NCBI GenBank assembly: GCA_964036045.1
Contig: OZ038379.1
Span: forward strand, 17,174,001 to 17,238,000
From: Eutreptiella sp. 'Long Island Sound 2002'
Taxonomy: Eukaryota; Protista; Euglenida
Length of the DNA stretch: 64,000 nt
Direction of reading: 5' to 3'
Shown here: positions 37,526-47,126 of the stretch, piece after piece
Layout of the letters: every line of letters begins with the position of its first letter
How positions within the stretch are numbered: the stretch's first letter is position 1
Translations under genes and position numbers: made by a program
The notes under the pieces: model-generated
What the model saw: the letters and a program-made list of their open reading frames with translations, nothing else
What the model was told of the DNA's origin: nothing
Database searches by the model: none

Positions 37526-37737
37526 GGTCAGCCGTCCTCTACGGAGGGTCGCTGACCGTTCCCAGGGCCAAGGCGGCCGGTACTAGGGGCCGCGGGGTCC
37601 CTGGGGATGGTGCTTGGCACTGGGACGTGCGCGCACCCGACACTGTTAGTACACCGCCCATTGGCAGTGCCCGGGCCCTGTCGTCGGGGGCTTCGCACCC
37701 GGCACCCAGCCCGTGAGTAGAGCTGGGGAGTACTCAG
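37526..37737 (+). ncRNA. Putative structured module with cUACGg hairpin and terminal H-type pseudoknot
   Basis: Hairpin 37526-37557 with two G-U pairs and a UNCG loop; hairpin 37561-37605; crossing stems 37705-10/37722-27 and 37714-19/37731-36. Confidence 0.45.
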
Positions 37738-38039
37738 GTGATGTGATGTGATGTGATGTGATGTGATGTGATGTGATGTGATGTGATGTGATGTGATGTG
37801 ATGTGATGTGATGTGATGTGATGTGATGTGATGTGATGTGATGTGGTGTGATGTGATGTGATGTGGTGTGATGTGATGTGGTGTGATGTGATGTGATGTG
37901 ATGTGATGTGATGTGATGTGATGTGATGTGATGTGATGTGATGTGATGTGATGTGATGTGATGTGATGTGATGTGATGTGATGTGATGTGATGTGATGTG
38001 ATGTGATGTGATGTGATGTGATGTGATGTGCTGTGCTGT
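37738..38039. repeat. (TGTGA)n microsatellite, about 58 units
   Basis: Read directly; a few TGTGG variants; ends in TGTGC units. Confidence 0.97.
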
Positions 38040-38502
38040 ACTCCGTTGTTCAGTGTTGTGTTGTGTTATGTTGTGATGTGGTGTGTTAGGGCAGCCCAGT
38101 GCGGCCTGGCACCGCTGACATCATTTCGCTTGCAAGGGCCATGTTCCCTCGTGGCACAGAACATAACAAAACACCACTTGACACAACACAACACAACACA
38201 ACACAACACAACACAAGGCAGCACAACCACACCACACCATAACTTTATGGCAATGCATCGCATCCCATCGCATGGCACGGATGGTTTATCTACCCCCAGG
38301 GCGGGGGCGAAATGGGGAATCTGGCCAATCCACCAGACCCACCCACCCATCCTCCCACATCAGAAAATGTTCTTCAGGGGATCTACTGACGGGGCTGCAA
38401 ACTTGAGGCGGATTTTAGGCAAACAAACTTTTTGGGGGGGCCTCCAGACTGGGGGGGCGGGGGGCTCACTGAGCAATTTCCTGCGCACAGCACACACCAC
38501 AC

Positions 38503-38764
38503 CTGCAAACTCACTGGCCCAACCAAAGGGGGCCTTGAATTCATGGTGTTGCTTATGGAATCGCCCATACAGTAACGGATGGTGGAAGGCCCGGTGCAGC
38601 CAGTAGAAGAGAAAGTCATTGATCACGGCCATGACGAGCACGTGCAGCGCCACCTCCCTTGCCGAGGGCAGCGTGCGGGAGATGCGACAGCCAACCAACT
38701 GTGCCAGGGGGCCCACGACGAAGAAAAAGTAGGGGATCAGGACAAACAGTTGCGCCAGCACAAC
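38503..38764 (-). CDS. Sterol desaturase-like gene, exon 2
   Basis: His boxes FYWLHRAFHHP and FHKQHHEFKAP. Acceptor CCAG|GTTG, donor GCAG|GTGTGG. Confidence 0.9.
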
Positions 38765-39844
38765 CTGGACAGAGTTTGGGAACATGGCCGCAGGATCACT
38801 TTGCCAGCGCAATCGGTGGCCTGTGAGCCCTGGTGAATAATACCGGCACAAAGTAAGTAAGGCCGTCGTCACCTAGCGGAGCGTGTGTGCGCAAGTGCGC
38901 CCTTTGTCTTGTGCTCGCTGGGCTGCACTTGCGGCGCAGCCCCGGCCCATCCTGAGCCTGCCTCCAGCCCCTGTGCCGCGGGGCAGCAGCCCAGGAGGAA
39001 CCCTTGCACTACGCACGCGACGTTCTGGGTACTGGTACTCTATCCCGATGAAGCCCCCCATTTGGTCCCTTCCATGCGTTCTCGTGCGGAGGTGGTTGGA
39101 CCACGAGTGAATGAAGCTCTCAGTGTTCCCTGTGCGCATGGCGGTGGTCTGCCAACCCCGGTGGCGGCGGGTTCCATGGGGTTACCATGTAGTACGAACG
39201 ACGTCCAGTGCCGTGTATTGATCGAGGTCATTTGTGAAGAGAAGGGGCGGGAAGGGGTGGGGGCCTTAAGAGGTCAGGTGTGGTCCCGCCACTGTGCTCC
39301 AGCTGCGCCTGCCTTCACACAGCCTTCATTGCCAATCAGTTCCAAAGGACAGTGCTCAGAGTTCTCCATCGATGGTGGAAATGCGCACCTCCCTCCTCCT
39401 TGGCTTGGGATAGAGAACTGCCTTGTTGTTTGCTGGAGGTCTCTCCTCTCTGTTTCTCCTCCCTCCTTTGGCGTTGGTTTGGGGGCGTGGCGCATATGCA
39501 TACATGGTGGGGGCGGTGAGGGGGAGGGGGGGGGGCAGAGGCAACGGCAGTTTTGTTGGTGAGAGATTGAATCATTCAATCATTCCCAGACTGTGAAGTT
39601 TGGAAGGCGCTCTCCACCACCGATGATGTGGGAAATGGTAATACAGGGTTAAGGGGTTGCGGATCACCAAGGGTCACTGGTGCCCTGCATTTCCGAGCCT
39701 TCTGCGCCATGGCATCCTGAGTGGGATGTGCTCGCTGTGCTGTGGGCCAGGTATTCCGGTTCTGAGCCCATAGCCCCTTGGGGGGGGGGGGGGGGGGAGG
39801 GATGAGGCTGGCATTGGGGGCTGGGGTTAATCCCTCAGCTCAAC

Positions 39845-40090
39845 CTGCATCAAAACGTTCAGCATGGCTGGGGCAGAACGCGCGGAGGTTGGCTTGGGCT
39901 GCAACCGGCGCTTGTGGAAAAGGGGAATGTCCAGCACGTCCAGCATGAAGCAGAAGCCGCCGAGTCCGAAATAGGCCGGTGTTGAAGCAAATATGATCCC
40001 GATGCCGTACAGCAGAGGGTATGTGAGGTCATAGCCGGCCAAAGTGTGGTCGCTGCCAGCACTGACCAGTTGTGCCCACAATGCATCCAT
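39845..40090 (-). CDS. Sterol desaturase / C-4 methylsterol oxidase-like (fatty acid hydroxylase superfamily), exon 1
   Basis: MDALWAQLV...PAYFGLGGFCFMLDVLDIPLFHKRRLQPK. Donor CAG|GTTGAG at 39844. An upstream in-frame ATG at 40231 is an alternative start. Confidence 0.8.
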
Positions 40091-42787
40091 TGAGCAGAAC
40101 AGAGATCTGTCACATGATGGGGAATGGAGATGTGCTGCCAGACAAAAAAGGAGCAGCACAACCAAAGGAGAGTGAGGCAGCACGTCCAGATTGTTTGCAC
40201 AAAATCCATTGAACCTGCATCCCAATTTCATGGAAATGCTTGTGCGCACCTAATGTTGGGGCGGTGTTTCGCACCGCTTTTTGAGAACCCCATCGAAATT
40301 GCGGAATTCGTGCCATAAACTGGCTTTGTATCGTGTATGTTCTCCCAACTTGTTGCGGTGTGACGATCAAGTCAGATCATGGCTCAGCATGGATCCCCAT
40401 CTGACTGTCGCTTTCCCTGGCTTCGGCTGTGCTTGTGGAGCGGGGGGTGTGGGGTAACTTTGGTGTGTAAGGGGAAATCCTCGCAACACACACAGGGCGA
40501 GCTACTTATGGAACACACTTCTTCAAAGAAGTCTCTATACTCCCGCGCTTCCAAATTCCCTCCCTAAACTAGCCTCCGAACAACCGAGTAGGGCATGGGT
40601 GTCTACATGTGTGAGGGGCGGGGGAAACCCATATTCAGGAGGGCACTGGTCTACTAAGGTCCAGGGCGCTGGTGCACCTGGGGGTAGTTGCAGAGCGAAG
40701 GCAGGGTCTGAACCCCCGCCCCTGCCCTCTCGGCGAGTCCAGAGGGACGTAGGGCACTAATCTATTGGGGTCCAGGACGCTGATGAACCATATGAAGGAG
40801 GGCATTCGCCTTTTGTGCTCAGGGGTAGCGCGGTTGTGCCCTCTTGGTCCTAAGGTCTGTGCCTCTTTGAAGCAAGCTCCTCGGAGTGCTAAGTGTTGGT
40901 GTGAGGTCATGCCAGAGATATGTGTTGAAATATGTGTTCGCAACTGGGTCCTTTGTTCCTACCCACCATTGGAGCTGCCACCGTCACCGCTGCCTGGGCC
41001 CCTTGGATCGCACATGACGAGCGTAGATCGCAGTATTACAATCTGTGAAGATTTTCCATGCCTGCAGGGCTGCATATACGTCTGTGGTGACACTAGTTTG
41101 TCTCAAATTTCGGAGGCTGCGCCATCGCCTGCCATGCACCCCACTCCCAGTCCATCTTCTGATGAGCCATCCATCCAAACCATTACAAATCCTTGCTAAC
41201 TGAAAGCATCCAGTTCGGATTGGAGCCGATACTTGGGTTATCTGAGCTGCATCAGGTTGTAGGGGCAAGGGTTCTGGCACAGGGAAAATAAATAGGTTTC
41301 GGAGATTTTGGCATAAATTTTCTCTGCATGTCCACAACAAGGACAACATTGGCAGAGGACCCAAATGGATATGAGAGGGTAAGGAAATATTCACAACACG
41401 AGTTTGGAGATGTTGGAAGTTTGCAATGAAAAGCACACAGTGGTCAGGCAATAACATTCTGTATTGTGGTTGAATTTTCAATAATTTCTGGTCCGGATGC
41501 ATTGGCTGGGGACACATGGTTTTACATTCTTGTTGTTTCTGTTTCTGCTTGTCCACGTGATGTTATTGCGCAGTTATTGCCTATTTGAATTGTGTTTGGA
41601 CAGATTTTCCTCATGGCGCAGATGTCTTTGAATTAAATGAATTTGTTACGTCTGCATGGAGCTGATGGTGCGTCATATGGGAGTGGTGCCCTTGGCATAG
41701 ATTTGAGTTCGTAGCCTCGGTCCATAAGACGGGCTCGTTTTGGCCACGAATGAGCATGCTAGGCTGTAGCGGCAGCTGATGGGTTGAACTTTGGTATGCA
41801 TGCGGCTGCAGTGCATGTTTCACACTGAGAAACCCACAAAGATATGATCACATAGGTCCAGAGCATCAAACCACTGTCAACAGATTTGTCGGCTTGGTGG
41901 GACTCTGAAGCAATATCATACACATGGCCCTCATGCTTGCCAGTTTTACAGCCGACAATGCCGACCGTCTGACAACCCGGATAAAGGAGGGCACTTGATG
42001 ATCCACGCTTGGTCTGTCACAATTGTTGCTTTGACGCACACATGATGTGTTGGACGGCGCACAATTGGAGCCACAACATACCACCCCATTGCCCGCAGAA
42101 GTGCCTAGTAGAAACCCAAAAGCGGCCGGGTCCTGGGACAAACCCGTCGCTGTGCACCAGGCCAACGTACTGCGACACCCCGCCACCTGAACGGCCTTGT
42201 GCGCATAGCGGACCCAGTGCCCTTACGGGGGGTTGTACGAATAGCACCTCCAGCGGCGTCTCAAGAGAAATGGCGAGAGGGCAGCCCCGGAGTCAACCAC
42301 GGTGCCAAAAATGGCAGTGCAAGTTGCAAAAATCAGCCACCCTGCTTAGCTTTCCGTAAGCTTCTGTTCATGGTCTTGTCAATCGGCTACAGGGTTTCCA
42401 CCAACACTGCTCAGGCGACATTCAGAAACCGGTGAACAGAGCCTCCCCAATTCACAGGCAGGCTGCCACAAGGCTTTGGACACAGCCAAAGCCCTCCCGC
42501 ACCAGTTGTACTGCCGTCTCACAAACACCCTCAGAGTTCCGGGTGCACCTTGGTACGTGCCTCACCTGATTCAGAGCCTCTACGACCGTATGATGGCAGT
42601 CGGTGGTCGCTGTACCTGCAGTCCTCCACCAGCTGCGTTGACTGTGTATCGGACCAAGCGTAAAGCTGCATGGCTGACACCCCGCCATCGCTGAGACCTG
42701 CAGCGCTTCTCAACTGCTGAGGCGACTTGTTTAGAGACCTCTTCCGAGCCCCATCTGACATTCTGAGGGACACCCCATCGTCCTGCC

Positions 42788-43864
42788 TCACGTCCAGCCG
42801 ACGGCCCGCTGCAGCAACCAAACGGCGTGGCCCACAAGCGCCAGAGCAAACCTCCAATGCGAGAACTCGTACGTCTCCAGCGAAAGCCGCCCATTGGCCT
42901 CCAACCGCTCGGCCACCTCCGCAGCGGCCGGGAAGCCCACGGGGTCATACCGGAGGTCGATAAAAAGTCCAAAGTGGTCACTGGGAAAGACCTCTGGGGC
43001 CCCAGGCACAGCCTCTTGAGCCCAGAGCCGACACGGGCTGACCGGGGCGAAGCCGAAGTTCTTGGACACCAGAATCCGGTCAAGCCGCATCCGCCGGGAC
43101 TCCCCCGGAATGTACCGGGGGATCATCGCGTTCTTGGCAGCGTCAAATGTGTAGCCGGGGTCTTGGTCGCCTCCGGACTGGAAATGTGTCTCCGCCCAGC
43201 AGTCCAGCAGGCCGTGATCAGGGACCACGCCGTCCTCGCAGACGTAGTGCAGGTTGAGATCGCCCAGCAGCGCATAGGGCAGCGCGCGTGCGCGCAGGAA
43301 CGCGACTGCCGCCGCAATCTGCGTTTCGCGGATCCGCTTGTGCCGCGGCGTCTGGTACGCTTTGGTGTGCATTGCACACACCATGAAGCGGACCGCGAGG
43401 CTGTCCACCGAGGGCGCAACCTCGAAAGTGGCAACGACAGGACCCAACCGTGAGAAACCTCTACCTAGGTCTAGCACACAGCAGTGCGAGATCGGCAGTT
43501 GGCTGAGGATGACACAGCCATGCGGCTGCGCGCATCCCTCTGGGTTGGGCGGGAGCTCTGTGACGTGATACTTGGCTCGGACGAAGGCCGACTGCATGAG
43601 CAGCCCCAGGCAGTGGGGCGTCACTTCGTTGAGGGCAAGAATGGTGGCATTTAGCGCCTCGATCCTCTGAATCAGGGCCTCTGTGCGCCGCGCGCTCGCT
43701 ATGGCGAGCTCCACTGTCCACGGGAAGCAGTCCGCCAGAATGTTGAACGTCGCAAGGCGGAGGGGGTCAGGGAGCGCGACAGGCGGCGTTGCGGGAGCGG
43801 GGCTTTCGGCCCATTCTGTGCCGTCCCATTGCAGAACGCCATTGGGGCGGCCTTGGGCTGCCAT
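42788..43864 (-). CDS. Endonuclease/exonuclease/phosphatase (EEP) family protein, TDP2-like, intronless
   Basis: Motifs LATFNIL, ALNEVT, MHT, LLGDLN, GYTF, RLDRIL, PSDHFGL. ATG at 43864, 358 aa, hydrophobic C-terminal helix. Confidence 0.88.
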   Translation of the reverse strand: MAAQGRPNGVLQWDGTEWAESPAPATPPVALPDPLRLATFNILADCFPWTVELAIASARRTEALIQRIEALNATILALNEVTPHCLGLLMQSAFVRAKYHVTELPPNPEGCAQPHGCVILSQLPISHCCVLDLGRGFSRLGPVVATFEVAPSVDSLAVRFMVCAMHTKAYQTPRHKRIRETQIAAAVAFLRARALPYALLGDLNLHYVCEDGVVPDHGLLDCWAETHFQSGGDQDPGYTFDAAKNAMIPRYIPGESRRMRLDRILVSKNFGFAPVSPCRLWAQEAVPGAPEVFPSDHFGLFIDLRYDPVGFPAAAEVAERLEANGRLSLETYEFSHWRFALALVGHAVWLLQRAVGWT

Positions 43865-46115
43865 GTCACTGCGGGTGCGTCTGGGAGCACGTATCGATGA
43901 TGGGCCTGATGCCCAACACAACACAGCCTGAAAAAGGGGACAAGGAGAGGAATAGAGGGAGATAATGATGGGAGGGGACGTTGATGGGAGGAAATGCCTC
44001 GCCCTCCATGTTGACGGTTTGGTCCAGCAGTCCGCAATGGGCTGACGCCAAGGCTAGGGGTAGTAGCTCAATGACCAACCACCAAAGCCTACGACTCCCT
44101 TCCTCCCTCTGTCCCTTACGCACACATGTGGAAGCATGGCTCATCTGACCGCCGGATTTTAGACTCTGGTTTTGCAGCTTATCATCCGATCCATGTGTGT
44201 GTCACAAGTGAGCACGGCATTCCTAAGCATGGCACGTGCTTCCCTCAGGATGAGGGAGGATATCAATTGCCTCACTTACCACCCTGTGCAAGTGCTGTAG
44301 CTGCTTGAGAGGTTGACCATTGACCATTGAGCATGGCTGTTTCAGGAAGGGTAGCCCAAAAATGTATTCTCTCAAAAGCATGACCTCCTCATTTTAGTTC
44401 TTAATTCCATTTGTGTCTGTTGCCGCTTTAGCTGATGCATCCACCTTTTAGTTCACAATGCAAGCTTAGATCTGCGATTTTCGCCGCAACACTGAACGCT
44501 GCTGTTGTTACACTATGCACACACAGGCCGACTCTTTCCATGGGGTCAAAGGAACAGAAGCAAATCAAGAGGACAGGATTTCTGACCTTAATGTTGAGGT
44601 GATACTTTGATTGGGACCATCACCTCTAGTGACATTGGATCTACTGGCCCCTGATATGCAACTGGTGGCAGCGACATATGCACCACGGCTGTTGGCCTCA
44701 CCACGGAAAAAAAAACCACAACCTGGAATTTGATGGAACGCCAATTTTTCAGCCTATGAATTGCTGTGTATGCCCAAAGTGCAATCCGACTATCCCCCTT
44801 CATCCACAAAATGATAGGCCGGCAATCATGGTAAAGGCTCCATACCAATCAGAAATGTGATGGAGGAAGGGGGGCACTGTTCACCAGGGGTTTGCCATAA
44901 AGGTTAAAAAAGTAAGCTGATTGGTAGTTCCGGGTGTACAAACATGTTCGCTTTTGAGGAGGGAATTCTCCACTCGTGGATAGGTGGGTTAGTTGCCCAT
45001 CCGTTGGGTTGGGGATAAATACAGCGGGCTCAAAAAGCTGTGAGAGACGGGCAGCCTGCTGGGCTACCTGACATCCATGTAAAAGTCATTTTCACTGCGT
45101 GAGAGTGACAGTCATTGCGCATACAATCTCCCATGTAACCCCCATATAGTCCCCAAATAGTCTCCATGTAATCCTAAATACCCTGTGAGCCCCTCCGGTT
45201 ATACCTGCAGCAAAACAGGGCGGATAACCCGGTGCATCATGTTGGCCAACCCCAAAATAGGAGTGGGACTGTGGTCAAACCGGCCGTTTTGGCCGCCAGC
45301 CAGTCCAGGGTCCCTGAAATCCCGGGGGCTGGGGGAAGTTGAGAATGCCCACTCAACCAGAAACAAGCAGGGCGAGGGGGAGGGGGATTGCTTAGCTCCA
45401 TGGGTAGGTGTCATGATACAGCCCCGCCCACAACTGCGAGCACACCCCAATGTGCTAGGGATATTCCATTGGGACTAGCCCGTGCTTGCACACGGCACAA
45501 GTAGTGTGGTTGTGGACTTAGGGTGAATCCTTGCACTGCGCGCGCACTGCACGCTACTCTTAGACTATGTCCCCCCCGAAGAGCCCCTAGGCACGCCCCT
45601 TGGAGGTGGAGTGTGCTTCGGGAAGAAAAAGAAGCAAAACAAATGTTCGCGGGGAAGTATCTCATTGTGCCCATACTTGAGCCAAAACTCCTCGGCAGAG
45701 TACGCATCAATACCCATACAACTGATTTGTGTCCTTGATGACTAAGATCCGCGACAACGCTCATCCACCATTGAACACCATCTTTTTGGGGGTCAAGAGG
45801 GTGAGCTCCAATGCTTTTCTCATGTATATGGAGCAACATCTCAAGGATCTTGTCTTCCGTTTGTTTGTTCATTTTTGCCACCTCCTCCTCGGTGAATGTT
45901 CGAGGTTCATGCATCAAAACCTACTACCAAACAACAATCATGCCCACATTACCACAAAGTATGGGTTTCTACTTTCTACCTTTCTACTACGGCCAGGCGC
46001 TCAAATAGTTGCACCGCGCGCGCATTGCGCTCAAGGCACCTCCTTAGACCTTAGACTCCCCAAAGGAGCCCAAAGCAGAGTTTGGACTCTTCCAAAATCC
46101 CAGGGAGCAATCTGC

Positions 46116-46938
46116 GGGGGAATGTTTGCCCGGCGCGCGCCCGGCGCGCTACTTTTCTATTAACTATCCCGACTTCAGCCCCAGATTTCCCTCCCATGGA
46201 GAAGCCCCCCAAGTAGACCACATTGCACTGCACACCTTCCCTACAAAGCACGTTGCAAAATAAAGCAGGACCTGTGAATTCAACCACTCCAATTGTCATT
46301 TGTAGTGTACTTAACAAACAACATTGGTCCCACAAGTGTGGGTGTCAATACATTCATTACAATAGTGCTCCTTACACTCATCACAAACTGCGACGGTGGA
46401 GCGCTGTTGGCAACACAACACACACACTTCCGCCTCATCCTCTGCCTCATCTTGCGTGGCGGCCGAGTTGCTTTGGTCAGGCGTGGATTGTGAGTCCCTA
46501 ACCCCAACTTGAGGGGCCACGCAAAAAAGCGTGGATTGTGAGTCCCGAACCCCAACTCGAGGGGCCACGCAACAAAGCGTGGATTGTGAGTCCCTAACCC
46601 CAACTCGAGGGGCCACGCAACAAAGCGTGGATTCAAAGATTGTCCCGGTTTCCTCAATAGCACCGGAAGGTTGGGGCCCAAAAGAGGGCGGAAATGCTAC
46701 GTCACCCCTGCATTCTCGGGGGTCCCCAACAAAGGAGACAAAATCAGAAGTCAAAACCTACGCTAGGGGTCACCATGATGCTCCTAGTATCTCAAAGTAT
46801 GGGTCTCTAGTACAGCCAGGCGCCCAAATAGCTGCACTGCGCTAAGTGCGCCCCCTTAGTGCACCCCCTAAAAGGCCACTAGAGGGGCACGGGTCAACAA
46901 AGATGCCCGGCGCGCGCCCGGCGCGCTAACGTTCCCCC
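46116..46938. mobile_element. MITE family copy 3 (823 bp)
   Basis: TIR GGGGGAATGTT / AACGTTCCCCC (10/11), TSD TGC/TGC, identical 25-bp direct repeat TGCCCGGCGCGCGCCCGGCGCGCTA inside both ends, three 48-bp tandem units at 46481-46633. Confidence 0.82.
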
Positions 46939-47032
46939 TGCAAAGGACACGACAGTATGGCTGTCCACAATACTGATTCATCTCGCAGGCAGTCTGATGA
47001 TTCAAAAATCTGATGCCATCCCCTCGCCAAAT

Positions 47033-47126
47033 GTGTGGGTGTGGGTGTGGGTGTGGGTGTGGGTGTGGGTGTGGGTGTGGGTGTGGGTGTGGGTGTGGGT
47101 GTGGGTGTGGGTGTGGGTGTGGGTGT
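47033..47126. repeat. (GTGGGT)n hexamer microsatellite
   Basis: Read directly, about 15 units. Confidence 0.95.

Noticed and set aside
36320-37737. Hammerhead, HDV-like ribozyme, group I/II core or I-SceI-like site
   Set aside because: No CUGANGA/GAAA core, HDV P3/L3 cannot be built, DV/DVI resemblance lacks a proper AGC triad helix, and TTACCCTGTTA is only a partial match.
40950-42450. ORFs upstream of the desaturase gene
   Set aside because: Interrupted by stops, with no recognisable motifs.
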